Assembly (NCBI RefSeq): GCF_000315625.1
Contig: NW_005434582.1
Coordinates: 235,824-299,823, forward strand
Length of the DNA: 64,000 nt
From: Guillardia theta CCMP2712
Lineage: Eukaryota > Protista > Cryptophyta
Reading direction: 5' to 3'
Of the stretch, positions 17,417 to 31,316 are shown piece by piece (the stretch's first letter is position 1; every line of letters begins with the position of its first letter). The position numbers and the translations under genes are program-made. Below the pieces are notes generated by a model. It was given only the letters and a program-made list of their open reading frames with translations. It ran no database searches and had not been told where the DNA came from.

Positions 17417-20400
17417 ATGCCGTATCCCGACCCGCGGGACCTCACCAACGCCAGCGTTGGCAGTAGCGTCCGTCCTCGCGCTGCCATGCGGGACCTGCGG
17501 GCCTCTCAGACTCTCACAGTGAACAGGGAGATGAGTATCAGCGGGGACGCTCTTCGGGTGTATCCTGCGGTGACCTGCGACGTCTCCTCTCCATCTCCTC
17601 ACGTGGACTGCAGGAGGTCGAGTTCAAGGACACGAGCCCGAACGTGCCGCACATTCTCACCATGACGATCATGAACAAGAGCGATCATGTCAAGCGAGTC
17701 CGCCTGGTCCAACCCAAATTGAAAGAGTTCAAGTTGCATCATATCCCTACCGTCTGTCCTCCTTCCCCTCCCCCTCTGCCTCTGACTGCTCCATCAGGTC
17801 CCCATCGCCCCTGGGCTGGAGATCAGCGTTGACGTCGAGTACCTGTCGCCGCTGGACCAAGACTTCAAGGACGAGATCCAAGTCCTCTGCGACTCAGACT
17901 GCATTCGCGTCCCCGTCTACGCCAGGAAGGCAGCAGCTGACATTCGCTTCGAGCAGTACTGCAACTTCGGCTCAGGTGAGGCGTGCTCGCTCCCTCGCGC
18001 GGATGACGTTGAGTCAGTGTCCCCGGGCTCCCACAACATCCGGTACGTTGACATCATCAACCATGGATCCAAGGCTGCAGACTTCGAGTTCGTAGCCGAC
18101 TCGGACCTCAGGTACGCCTCCTCTCCTTCTCTTCCTCTCCTCCTCTCCTTCTCTTCCTCTCCTCCTCTCCTCCTCTCCTCCTCTCCTCCTCTCCTCCTCC
18201 CCTCCTCCTCTCCTCCTCTCCTCCTCCTCTCCTCCTCTCTCCTCACCCCCTCCCGCAGCTTCGCCATAGAGCCAATGGTTGGCCGCCTGGGACCCGCAGG
18301 GACGGAAGACTGCTGCCTGCGCCTGAAAGTCTCGCTGAAAGCCAACGACGTGGCGCTGCTGAGGAACATCCTCCGACTCAACGTGGACGGTCAACCGCGG
18401 GGGCAGATCCTCGACATCAACGCACTCGTCACCAAGCACAGCATCGAGATCTTGTCGCAGGACGGGACCGGCAAGGTGGACTTCCTTCAGTTCGGCTCCT
18501 TGTACTGCGGTGAGCGACGAGACTTCGAGGTCCTCGTCCTCAACGACGGGCCCACCGAGTCGGAGGTGCGGGTGAGCATCTCGGCTGACACTGAGGACAA
18601 GGCGCAAGGCTGGGTCATCACCCCCAACCAGATGCTCATGCAGGCGAGGGAGCAGCGGCTCGTGACCGTCACCTTCTGCCCGCCCCTGGTCACGTACCAC
18701 AAGGGCTTCAAGACTCAGCTTCTCTCCCTGTCGCACAGGGAGGAGTACGAGGCCATCGTGACGTTGCAAGGCAAGGGGTCAGGGGACCTGCTCAACTCGA
18801 GCCTGAGGGTGCTGGGCCGCTCGTTCCAGCCCTCCGTGTCTCTGTCGCACAACGACCTCTGCTTCCTCGACACCCCCACACACGGGAACCGCGAGCTGAC
18901 GGCCACCATCAAGAACGAGCACGACGAGATGCCCGTCCTCTTCAGCATCCCGAGGATCCCGCACTTCAAGTGCCGGCCCTCTGCTGGGACCCTCCTGCCT
19001 ATGCAGTCCATGGAGCTCGTGCTCTCCTTCTCGCCAAACCAGCTCGGTCGACATCGAGGCGCGTTCGTGATCTCGTTCAAGGGAACGTCGAAGCAGGTCG
19101 TCGAGACGGCAGAGCTGCGGGTGGTTGGGCGGTGCGATCAAGTCGGGAGCAAGAGGGACATGGTGGGAGGGCCTCTCGCGACCGACGTCGACTTCGCTCC
19201 CAAGTTCCACTTCCAGCACCCCGACGACGCGCACAAGGTGAAAGCGAGCAAGAAGAAGTTCAGCCGGCAGCTCTTCTGGCAGCAGCACCCGCCGGAATAC
19301 AACGAGAGGACCGCGCACCTAACTCACGACGCCGAGACCTTCGAGAAGATCTGGAAGAACCGAGTCAAGTACGCTGACTTCCTCAGCAACGCTCACTCGA
19401 AGCGAATGAAGGTCGAAACCTTCCCTGAGAGCTTCCAGTTCGCTCTCGGCAACCAAGACGCCTCCCCCGACCTCACCGACCCTGACTATCAGAAGCCCTC
19501 CAAGGACATGGGCATGTTCGGCCTCCCCATGGCCGGGATCCCTTCGCACCTGACGCTACAAGAGCCGCAGCTGAAGATGCCCAAGGAGGAGGAGGCGCTC
19601 TATCTCAAGAGCTCCACCCTCAAGGGAACCCTCCTCAAGCCCAGGACCCTCGCGTTGAACGAGGATAGGCTGATCTCCAAGAAATTCAAGTCAGCACCGT
19701 CCAGCAAGCAGGAGAAACTAGACTGTCAAGTGCACCTGCAACCCCAGGACATCTTGTGTATCAGCACCTTCCCTCCCAGCATGGACTTCGGATCGATCTG
19801 CATCCAGGCCGACGTCTCCAAATCCTTCTTCGTCTCCAACAACACCTCTCGAAACATCCTCGTGCGCATCGACACGGACGGCAACAGTGCTCTCAGTCGC
19901 TCGAAGCCGACGAGTCAAGTCATCCCCCCGTCTGCCACCGCTGGCTTCGACATCACCATCTACCTTGAGAGCCAGGCCGACATCAGCACCAAGTTCCGCT
20001 ACGTCATCAACGAGCATCACGCGTACGAGGTTGCGGTGAAGGCAGAGGCTGTTCCCGTCATGCTGCACGTCTCCAAGACGCGAATCAACTTCTCCTTCCC
20101 CCCCACCAGCATGGAGCCCGTCATCACTGAGTCCTTCCACATGACCAACCCCTCCAACAACGCGGCCCAGTACAAGATTGAGCAGGGGGAGCACTTCAAG
20201 ACCTTCCCCTCCGACGGCATTGTCGAGCCCATGAGCACAGAAGAGATCATGGTGACCTACCGTCCCGGGCAGGAGTGCAAGCACGAGCAGACGCTGAGCA
20301 TCTCGGTGACAGGAGGAGCGATCATCCCCCTCCTCTGCTCGGGCGAGGTCGAGGAGAGTCACGCGCAGCTGAAGCAGAAGTCCATCGACATGGGGGTCGT

Positions 20401-23400
20401 GTCAGCTGGGCAAGTCTGCACCAGGTCGTTCGCGCTCTCGTGCACGGGAGGGTCGAGTACGGCCTTCTTCATCGACACCAACGAGATGAGGGCGCGAGCG
20501 CCGGGGCTGACGGTGACGCCGGAGAAGGGGCTGGTGACGCCCGGGACCAACTCGGTGATCTCAGTGTCAGTCAAGAGCGACAGGAGCGTCAAGATCGATG
20601 ACGTCATCATCATTCAGATCCGAGGGTCGAAGACGCTGAGGGTGACGGTCAAGGCGGAAGTGATCCTCCCCCGCGTCGAGATCAAGGAGGACGAGATCGA
20701 CTTCGGGACGGTCTACATCGGAGCCGTCGCGGTCAGGTCGATTCAGCTGCAGAACCTGAGCTCCATCACGGCGAGACTCTTCCTGGACCTGAGAAGATAT
20801 CCGGAGTTCTCCGTTACCCTCCCCGAGGTGTGGGACTACGACACGGTGCTGGCCAAGAGGGACGAGGAGGAAGCAGAAGAGGAAGCAGAAATCTCGCAGC
20901 TGAGACCTGGGGAGCTGACCAACTTCCGCATCCCCCCCAAGGATCAAGGGACCCTGACCATCACGTACGCCCCCACCAAGCTGAGCAAGCACGCGATCGA
21001 GCTCCCCCTGGGGCTTCAGGACATCTCCTCCTCCACCACCAAGAACCTCAGGCGCGTGCTCTTGGCCGAGGCCAAGAAGCCCCGGCTGTTACTCTCCACC
21101 ACCTCGCTCGAGTTCTCGAAGCGAGTTGTGGTCAACGCCAACATGAAGGGCGTATCCTACGTCATGACCCTCCAGGTCACTCACTGCGACGACCACCCCT
21201 CCTCCATCCTCGCCTACCTCGACGGCCCGGACGCCAAGGCCGGGAGCTTCAGGATGGAGCGGGTCGAGGCGCATCTGGACCATCGCAAGTCACTGGAGCT
21301 GAAAGTTCACTTCGTGCCGACCTCCAACATCGAGTACGACTGCGAGCTGCTCATCTTTCTCAACTCCGAGCCCTCCCCCTACTTCTCCGTCCACGTTCAC
21401 GGCACCGGCACCTTCCCCCGGCTGGAGTTCGACCGGCGGGAGGTGCTCCTGCCAACGACTCCCTGCGGCATCCCGAGCGAAGTGACGTTCTTCATCATCA
21501 ACCACGGCTACGACAACCTGGACATCAAGTACAAGCTTCCCGCTGACACAGCCGTTATCCCCCTCTCCTTCTCCTTCCCCCTCGGCACCATCACCAGCGT
21601 CATGCGGACGAGGATACCGGTGCAAGTGTCCTTCACCTACCCCAAGAGCCTCTCGTTCAGCAGCAAGGTCTGCTTCTTCGACGACCACGGCAACGAGTTC
21701 AGCATCCTCATCGCGGGGAGAACCGACGCTTGCTTCCTCAGCGTCTTCCCCTTCATCACCCTCCACGGGGCCGACTGCAAGATCCTCCCCAAGTCCGGCA
21801 AGGGGCCGACGGCTGAGGTGTCGGGAACGAAGATGGCGGTGATGAGCAAGGAAGGGACGATCGAGCTGGAGGAGAAGGAGGAGGTCAAGTCGAGGCAGAG
21901 GCTGGCAGACCTCATCCCCAACAACGAGTTCCTCTGCGAGTGCTCCGTGCTGGCCGAGCCCTCCTCCAAGGACCTGCTGGTGAAGTGGATCAACCTCTCC
22001 CTGCTGCGGCAGCCCATGCAGAGGTTTCCGGAGGAGCTGATCAAGAGCAAGGGCCGCCAGCTTGTACAGCTGGTGGAGACGTTCACGGGAAAGAGCATCC
22101 TCCCCAAAGACAAGACCTCGCAGGCTCGCAGAACCCCCGCAAACCGCAAGGAGGAGGCGGAGGAGGAGCGCATGTGGTACGAGGAGTTCCTCGCCTTCCT
22201 CAAGACCTCCGGCGCTCTGATCGACGTCATCCGACCCGAGTACCTGCTGCACTACGACCTCTTCCAGAAGCTCGTGCTGGACAAGAGCTCGGAGTCGTAC
22301 TCGGAGGAGCAGCACAAGTACTATGACAGGTACTACGAGCTGATCAACACAGGGAGCTGGCTGTTGCTGACCTATCAAGTGATCAAGCTCTTCAGCTTCA
22401 ACCGCATAACCCCCAGCCTCGTCAGGAGCATGCCCATGGTCGACGCCAAGACCATCAAGCTCTCCTCCCAGCTCACCAGCAACGTTTACAGCAACTCGGA
22501 GCTGCTGCTTCTCAGCTGGCTGGCGTATCACAACGAGCGCATGGTCCCGACTGAGAAGGCCAACCTCCTCAACTTCGACCTCGACCTGCATGACGGGCGC
22601 GTCATTGCCTACCTGATCTCCTCCCACGTCCCCTCCCTCAAGTCCATGCTCTCCGGCCTCAAGCGCGCTGACGACAGAGCCCAGCAGCTCTCCAACATCC
22701 ACAACGTCAGCAGCGCCATCCGTCACATCGGGCTTCCCTTCTCCCTCGAGCCCAGTCACTTCGTGGAGGCCCCGGCCCGCGACCTCATCCTCTTCTGCAT
22801 GTACCTCTTCGAGAACCTCCCGGGCTTCGTGCCCAAGGCCCTGGTGGAGTTCGACGGATGTCTCAACGAGACAGTGACGCGCTCGATCGAGCTCAAGAAC
22901 CCCAGCAACAAGCAGCTCGTCTACTCCGTTCACGTCGACGGCTCCTCGGAGTTCGTGTGCGCCAAGAGCGTGAAGATGCTGCCGGGGAAGAAGACGGTCT
23001 TCCCCATCAGCATCACCCACAGCTCGAGGAAGACCGCGGAGGGCCAAATCTACTTCATCGGCGAGCAGATGGCGGGGAATACGACGGGGGCGACGCTAGT
23101 GTTCACGTTGCGGTCAGTGGTGAAGTCGTTCAAGAGAAGTGAAGTGATGGAGCGAGAGGCGAAGCTGTACGAGCAAGTTCTGTTCGAGATCCCCGTGCTC
23201 AATGACACGGACGTCGACACTGAGGTGCAGGTGACGCTGTCCAACTTCAAGGATTCCATGCACGAAGACCTGTCGAGCTCCAAGAACAGAGGGCAGAAGG
23301 TGCGGCGAGGGAAGGGAGGCGACATGGTCACGTCCTCCGCTCTGCTGCCGGAGCGAACCTTCTGGCTGAGGAACGGGCAGGACAAGCTCAAGGTGAAGAG

Positions 23401-26217
23401 GAATTCATCCATCAACGCCAAGGTCCTCTTCCTCCCCATGCGCCTCTCCTCGCAGTCGTGCCTGGTGTTCGTCAAGGACGCGGAGGAGCGGGAGGTCTGC
23501 TACGAGCTCCGCGTGCGCGCGCTGCTGCCGAGCACGACGGAGTCGTACAAGTTCACGAACCCTATGAAGAGCGTAATCCTCAAGGAGATCTCCCTCACCA
23601 CGAGGAACGCGAGCGTCGACAAGTGCAGGGCACTGATCATGGACATGCTGGGCCAGCAGGGGGTAAGGAGTGGTACAAGGTGCTCAGCGACCAGGTCAAG
23701 GTGGACTACAAGGTCGAGTATCTGTCCAGCTTCTTCTCGGGCCCCAGCCAGCTCTCCCTCGTCGGCTCCGGGTCAGCCCGGGTGACGGCGGCAGCCAAGG
23801 ACGGGAAGGGGGCGGGGGACGGGAACAAGCTTGCTCTAGAGCTGCGGCCGCAGGGCCCCGGGAGGTATGAGGGGAAGGTGATCCTGCGATCAGCTCTGGA
23901 CGTGCGGGTGATCGAGGTGGAGGCGGTGGTGAGCGTTCCGAGCAACCTTGTCGAGCTGACTTTCAGCTGCCCTGCCCGCCAGTCGATCACGCAGGAGATC
24001 CCGATCATCAACTACACGGAGACGCCCTGGAGCGTCGAGGCGAAGCTCTCGGGCTCCTACTTCTCTGGCTCCAGGGAGCTGACGGTCCCTGCTGCCGCTT
24101 CCAGCAAGGAGCCAGGACGAGCGACGTTTGCGCTCACGTTCTCGCCGCGATGGATCTGCTCTGTTGAGGGAGAGCTGGTGCTGCACAACCATACCATTGA
24201 CGACTCGTACAAGTACCAGCTGACGGGGGTGGGGGAGGACCCGGTAGCTGAGGACCACCTGGTGGTGGACTGCAAGGCGAGATGGAGGAGGACGCTGTCG
24301 ATCCCGGTGAGGAACCTGCTGGAGGGGAAGAACTGCAACTACAAGGTTGAGTGCGACCTGATGGGAGTTAGCGGGGCCAGTCAGTTCCTGGTGCCCAGCA
24401 AGAGCGTCAAGAGCTACGAGCTGTTCGTCCTCATGCCGCGAGGAGGGACGTTCAAGGGCAGCATCACCTTCACCGCCCCCAACAACGAGTACGTCTGGTT
24501 CACCCTAGAGGTCAACGCCAACAACCCTCCTCCCGAGCAGACGCTCGAGCTGAGGACGAGAGCTCGCACGGCCGTCGCTGCTGACATCCCCATCGTCAAC
24601 CCGACGCCCGAGGAGGTCACCTTCGACGTCCTCCTCAACGGCGAGGGGCTCCTCGGTCAGCCCAGCGTCACGCTCGCGCCCTCGGGCACGACCACATACG
24701 AGCTAATCTACTCGCCGCTGATCGCCGGGGGGAGACAGGGAAGCCTGACGTTCATCAACGACGAGATGGGAGAGTTCTGGTACGAGATCAAGCTGATGGC
24801 TGGCGAGCCCGAGGTCATGGACGTCCCTTCCTTCTCCTGCAGCCTCGGAAGGTCCATCGACACCCAAGTCTCGATCGAGAACCCTTTGCCTGATGACGTC
24901 ATGCTCCTCGTCGACAACTCCAACCCCGTCAACTTCACCGTCACCAACCTCGACAGGGAGGAGGAGCGCGCGTACCTGATCCCAGCCTTCTCCTCCTCCT
25001 CCTTCCTCATCGCCTACACGCCCGCGGCTCTCGGCGAGGAGGAGAGGGGTCGGATCACCTTCTCGCATCCTCAGGCTGGCAAGTGGGAGTTTGCGGTGTC
25101 GGGGACGGGAGGGCCGCCGGAGATGTTTGCAGCGGTGGAGGTGAGCGCAGCGGTGGGAGAGATGAGCAGCAACGTGGTTACGTTCAAGAACCCGCTGAAG
25201 AGAGACCTGGTGGTCAATGTGTCGTTGAGGGGCGAGGAGGAGGAGGAGGAGGGAGGATGCTTCTCGCTCGTCGGCTCGAGGTCGACCAACCTGCATGTCC
25301 CGTCGCTGAAGTCTATCGACATACCCTTCACCTTCTTCCCCAAGAAGATGACGGAGCATCGCTGCGTCCTCCGCCTTTCTTGCCAGGACCTCGACCTCAG
25401 CTTCGATTTCCCCATCCATGGCACTGCCGAATCTCCGGAGACCACCAGCCTCGGGAGGTTCGCGTGCAGGTCAAGGGAGCGGCTGGTGAAGGAGATCGTG
25501 GTGGAGCTGGAGGGAGCAGGGGAGGCAGTCTCGTCGGAGGACGTCAGCTTCGAGCTGCTGCTGCCTGACGAGCACCAGTCCCTCCTCCGCAAGGCCCTCC
25601 GCTTCACTCGCGACCAGACCGTCGCCGACCCCAGCAAGTGTCACTTCACCATGGTGTTCGAGCCCCTGAAGCCCATCCAAGCTAAGGTGCAGCTGCGAGT
25701 GACTCGGCCCTCGGGAGGACGTTGGCTCTACGACCTTGACGTCGTGGCGGAGCAGGCGGAGGTGGACGATGAGATCATGATGGAGGGCTCACTCAACCGA
25801 GTCAACACCGTGTCCTTCAAGATGACGAACCAGTTCGACGAGCCCGCCTCCTTCCACGCCTTCTTCTCCCTCGACTCCTCCCCTGAGTTCCAAGTCTCTC
25901 CCTCCCAGGGCATGCTGAGCCCCTACGGCTCTGAAGGCACGACCTTCCTCCTCTCCTTCTCCCCCAAGACCTACGGCCGCTCCTACCGCGCCCTCCTCAT
26001 CATCGAGACGGACGAGATGCAGTGGACATACCGGGTGGTGGGTGAGCCCCCCAAGTACCGTCCTCCCAAGCCCAAGGCCAGCGGGTTCAAGACGAGGATC
26101 TCGCCCGAGCTTGACCCCGACGTGTACAAGGGTCGCCTCCCTCCTACCAACTACATGCGGGACAACGCGGCAGCGGTCAGGCAGGCAGGCAAGCAGGGGG
26201 CGAGAGAAGGAGAGTAA
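17417..26217 (+). CDS. CFAP47: Cilia- and flagella-associated protein 47 (multiple ASH/Ig-like domains plus calponin-homology domain)
   Basis: Spliced N-terminus LRVYPA|EVEFKDT...MTIMNKSDHVKRVRLVQPK...IAPGLEISVDVEY resembles CFAP47; CH-region NVYSNSELLLLSWL and NFDLDLHDGRVI. Introns at 17570-17613, 17752-17797, 17976-18017 and 18112-18258. ORFs 18017..23785 and 23458..26217 join by a frame change at about 23662. Confidence 0.88.
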
Positions 26218-26499
26218 GAGAGGAGAGGAGAGGGAGAAGGAGAGTAAGAGAGGAGAGGAGAGGAGAGGAGAGAGAGAGGAGAGAGAGAAGGAGAGTAAGA
26301 GAGAGAGAAAGCAGACATTGAGGGGTTAAGTTGATTACAAAGAAAACTGACTGAAGAAGAGGCGCCGACGAAATGCGTGCGATGCACAAGACTTGAAAAA
26401 TGGCGACAGGAAGGAAGAGGAGGAGGAGGAGGAGGAGGAGGAGCGCGATGGCAATGATGATGATGCTGATTTACATGATCCTGCTCGCACGTCAGACCA

Positions 26500-29400
26500 G
26501 CTACCGCATGCTCGGGTCATCAACGATCAACACCTGCATCGCGACTCGCTCCGACTGCTGGTGGTGGGCTGCAAGGGGTGAAAGTAAGATACTGCGGTCG
26601 CATGCTACCGCGTCCTTACCTCTCCCTTGCTCCCTTCGTCATCCGAGTCGACTTGCTCCACCATGCCTGCCCCCCGTCACCACCACCACCACCTCCTCCC
26701 GCACGCGTCTCAAACCTTCAGGAATCTCCACCGCCTGCTGCTCTCCCTCCTTTATCGACACCGGAGGAGCCTCCGCCTCGACCTTCCCATCCACTCCATT
26801 CCCCTGCTTGCTCGTCTCGTCACTTGCTCCCTCCTTCGCCCTCCCCTCCATCTCGCTCCTCACCCTCTCTCAACCATCTCTCCTCCTCCTCTCTCTCCCT
26901 GACTGTTACCTTCCGCTCTGCGATCGTGTTGCGGACGTTGCGGAGTCTTCCAAGCATGCGCTCGCGGATCTTGACGAGCAGAACCACCTGCAGCTCCGTC
27001 ATCCGCGTCCTGCCCCCACCTCCTCTACCCGCTCCGACATGGAAAACGCGTTTGCGATCTCTGCTTCGGACACTGCAGACGATGTGAGTAGGAGAGGAAA
27101 GCTGCGGATAGGGAGCGGGAGAGAATCGAAGGAGTGAGAGGGGAAGGAAGCTGTGATGTACAGAGGTTGTTGGGAGAAAAAGAGGCGAGAGGGAAGGAGC
27201 AGAGGAGAAGTTGGGGGAGAAGTGGGAATGCAAGGGCGGGTAGGGGTGATGCGAGAGCAGGGGATGGAGGAGGGCGGAGGAGGAGTAGGAGAAGGGGGGG
27301 GGGGTGGGGAACGGCAGAGTAGGGGAGGGGCGGGGACAGCGGAGGAGGATGAGATGAGGAGTGTGACTATGAAGGTGGGAGAAGACAAACCGGCTACAGG
27401 AGTTCCGAGGTTGGGAGATTCGCTGATGGGCTGGGGGAGGATAAGATGCGAGGAAAGAAGAGGGAAGGGCTACCTTGAACCACTCGTGCTCCTTTATGGC
27501 GGCAATCTTGAGACGCTCCGACGGGTTCTAGTGGCAGTCAGAAGAAACAGCTGCCGTCCTCCTCTCCGATCGCTTCAGCATCCTCCTCCTCCTCCTCCTC
27601 TTCACCTTATTTAGGATTTGTTTCAGTAGGTCCAGCAGAGGTGGAGGAAGCTGCAAGAGGACACGTCAATTTGATCACCATACTTCATCTGATCCTCCTC
27701 GTCCTCGTCCTCCCCTCCTCGTCCTCGTCCTCGTCCTCGTCCTTCTCCTCCTCCCTCTCTTCCTCCTCCTCCTCCTCCTCCTTCCTCTCCTTCCTTCTCC
27801 CTCCTCCTCCTCCCTCCCCTCGTCCTCGTCCTCGTCCTTGTCCTTCTCCTCCTCCCTCTCTTCCTCCTCGTTCTCGTCCTCGTCCTCGTCCTCCCTCTCA
27901 GCCTCCTCGTCCCTCTCCCTCTCCTCTTCCTCCCACTCCCCTTCCCTCTCACCCCTTCTTTGAAGGTCACAGGATCTTCCTGGATCATCTCATAGAGCCG
28001 CATCACGTTAGAGTTGACGAAAGGACAGCTGCCAGGGTCCCATGAATCAGTGCAAGGAGGAGGAGGAGGAGGAGGAGCAGAGGCAGAGGGAAGGGAGAGT
28101 AAGAGTGCTGGTCGCACGAGGAGGGTGAGGGTGAGGACAGGGAGAAGGAGGAGGAGGGAGAGATAGGGAGGACGGAGGAAGGACGAGGAGGAGTCCAACA
28201 GAGCTTCTCTCATCACCTCCCATGGACGAAGAAGTACAGTGAGACTCCAGCAGCCCAGATATCAGCCAGCTGAGAGATCCACCGTCAGCATCGAACTACG
28301 AAGAGGAGGAGGAGGAGGAGGAGGAGGAGGAGGAGGAGGAGGAGGAGGAGGAGGAGGAGGAGGAGGAGGAGAAGAGAAGAGAAGATGCAGAGACGACGAG
28401 TATGAGGACGATGATGTGAATCTTCTTTTCTCTCTCATCCTCCTTCGTTCTACTATTACTCAACATGACCGAATTCTTGAGCTAGCCACCTTTCATACTA
28501 AGAACNNNNNNNNNNNNNNNNNNNNNNNNNNNNNNNNNNNNNNNNNNNNNNNNNNNNNNNNNNNNNNNNNNNNNNNNNNNNNNNNNNNNNNNNNNNNNNN
28601 NNNNNTCCTTGCCACGGAAGGCTCCGGGGCCGCAGCATTCGGGGCTATGAAGGCAGGGGTTCCTGCCGCCACCTCACTTTCTCCCAGCAGGGAGGGACAG
28701 CGAGGAGATCATCACCTGCGCTATTAGAGATGATGATCGTCCCTGTCGTCTCCCAGGGTGTTGGCTGACCCTGAAAACAAGAGCGGGAGAGGCTCCTGCG
28801 GGGATGCAAACACCTTCCCCCCCCCCCCTCTCTTGTTCATCTTTCTACCTTCCTCCTACATCTCACATCTATCTCCCCACCTCCCTGCTCCTTCTCTTGC
28901 TCCTCCTACTTGACGCACTCACCCGAAATCCGCCAGCTTCAGCCTTCCTTCCGCTGTCACCAGCAGGTTCTCAGGTTTGATGTCCCTGTGGAGCTGAAGA
29001 CCACTCGTCATCCGACCAGCCGCAGTCGATGAGCGAGCTCACCACATGGTTGTGGTGAAGGTACTCCAACCCGATGATGAGATCAGCGAAGTACGACTGA
29101 GCCTGTTGACGGTCACCTTGCAGTCTGACATGCCTCCCTCAGCTCTCACCTTCTCGAGCGGCAGAGGAGTCGTTCCGTTCTCGCTCGGCATGCACTGACC
29201 TTCAGAGCCGTCACCCGACCTCCCTTCATCTCCTCAGCAATATCACCTCCTGACACGTACTCCAGGCGCAGGTAGAGTTTGTTGCTGTCGGGGTCGTCGA
29301 TGACCTGACGTATCAACAGACGAGCACGCGTCAATATCCATGGGTGACATGAGGGGAGGGCGAGGAAGAAGCCAAGTCCGAACACCGCCCTCACCTCGTA

Positions 29401-29931
29401 CATCCGGACACAATGAGGATGGTTCAATTTCTTCATGATCGCAATCTCCTTCTTCACGTTCTCAAGCATGTTGGTCATGCCCTGTTCGGCTAGCACGTCA
29501 AGGGAGCTTCATCTCATCACGTAGCATCATCAAGACCTGTCGCTTCCTTCGCAGTATGTTCTTGTCCATCACCTTGCAGCCCAGTCAAGCCAACCACGAC
29601 GACCCCAACCTTCAACCCTACCTTGATGGCATACAGCTCTCCGTCATGAGTGTTGCGGCAGAGCTTGACCTGCAGGTGCTGCTCACTCTCACATCAGTAG
29701 CTCCTCCATGCTCTACCTTGCCGAAGGATCCTTTCCCCAACTTCTTCACCACCTGAGGTAGGCGTGAGAACACCGCCGAATACACGAGCAGCGATCTGGC
29801 AGAGCAGAGACCTCAAAGGTGTTAATCATTTTCACGCCATCATCTCTAACAATCTTGGTCACTGTGGCTGTCTCCAGCACAGTCTCCGTGCCATTGGGAG
29901 GAGGAGATGCCATCTTCTCGCCGTCCATCAT
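26500..29931 (-). CDS. CaMKK/GRIK(SnAK)-like Ser/Thr protein kinase (multi-exon, spans a gap; ends approximate)
   Basis: Exons: KMINTFE|[12 protein letters not shown]|VKLC..YAIK|..[21 protein letters not shown]|[16 protein letters not shown]|..[16 protein letters not shown]|..GTPAFIAP|[16 protein letters not shown]|..EHEWF. VIDDP..KLY is the CaMKK/GRIK signature. Confidence 0.85.
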
Positions 29932-30529
29932 CACGAGATCACCGAGGGCTGCTTGCCAAGGGACTCAAGACGGCAGAGGAGCTCGACCTACTCCCTCCTT
30001 CTAGTAGATGCGTCCAGTCTCGCACGAGCCATTCCTCTCTATCCCCGCCGCTCCAACGCCTTCTGAAGAAATCGTAAGCTCTCCTCCAACCGATATCTCA
30101 AGTGAAGCGACTAGCTGTTTACGACCTTGGCTCCTTTCCCCGACTTGGTTCTCCCAAGTGTTCTCTGCACTACTGATGATACTGATTCTTCTCCTCTTGT
30201 CTCACTGCGACTTTGTCTTTGCTTCTCACTCTCCGTCCTCTCCTTCTCTCCTCTCCTTCCTCCTCCTCCTCGTAGCATGACATGATGTGCATGCGCCCTC
30301 GGTCTCGTTCATGGTATGAAGCTAGTTTCAACCGCGATGTTCGATGCTCATGATATGACCCCACCCTCGAAAAGTCTCCAACCTTACCGCCGCCATCGCG
30401 TCTACACCACCCGTCGCCCTTCTGTCCCCTTCGAAAATTGAAAAGCTTGTAATAAATGTTAATTGGCAATTTGAAAATTTAACCAACTAATTACATGACG
30501 CAAATCAGAATTTCAAATTACTTTCTTGA

Positions 30530-31300
30530 GTCGTACCCTCACTCATATCAGCCCACCCCTACTTTGACCACTTCCGACCACCAGTACCCCACCCTCCCTG
30601 GACCTACGACCACTTTACTCGCTCATGACCCCCACTAAACCTGTTGAGGACCCCTACCCCCTTCAAAAACATTTAAACTTTTTTCATGGTACAAACAAGA
30701 ATTGTACAATCAGGGTTATTTGGAGCTAAAACTATTTAAGCAGTTTTCAAAATTGACTCCTATTTTTCGAATAACATCAAAGATTATTCGAATATTTCCT
30801 TATCATTTGAAAATCACCAACACGTTTTCAATCGCTCCATCATTAAAGCCATGACCGTACCCCCGGGGCCCGGCAGCCTCCGGCATTTCCTCCGGCCCGG
30901 ACCCCAGCACTGAGCAAGAGTTACTAGTGGCCGGAGTGCAGTTTGGACTACCCTACCTCACTCCAGGTATTCACCTTGTTACACTACCCGTAGTTTGTAC
31001 TGCCAAATATGCTAAAGTTGGGGGGTCCTTTTTCAGCCAGGGTGATAAGAAACAGTACCCCCACCCACTCTTTCTCCTTGATGTACCCCACCCTTTTAGG
31101 GCTAAAGCATTTGCTACCACTTTAGTCACTGCCACCCGCATGTCCACCACCCGTGCAAAGTACCCTGACCCCCTCAAATTATCCCTTACCCCCTCATCAT
31201 ATCTTAAGTACCCACCCCTTTTCGTATCCTCAGAACCCAAAGTCACAGATTACCCCTCCCCTCTCTCATGGTCACCAACCCCTGGGTCTAGACCCCTGGG
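30530..31300. promoter_or_regulatory. ACCC/TACCC-rich divergent intergenic region with an AT-rich core and a short GC palindromic island (30855-30935)
   Basis: Between the kinase start (-) and the ATG at 31317 (+); many TACCC/CACCC words, nearly all on +. Confidence 0.4.
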
Positions 31301-31316
31301 ATCAAAAGCGGAGGCC

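Noticed and set aside
18112-18258. SSPPLLL low-complexity insert in CFAP47
   Set aside because: A 147-nt stop-free CT-repeat intron with GT-AG ends.
21290-23047. 585-aa antisense ORF and similar antisense ORFs over coding genes
   Set aside because: Expected shadow of strong GC3 bias; no recognisable domains.
28606-28770. Apparent frameshifts in the kinase activation segment (APNAAAP should read [13 protein letters not shown])
   Set aside because: Immediately beside a gap; low-quality contig-end errors are more likely than pseudogenisation.
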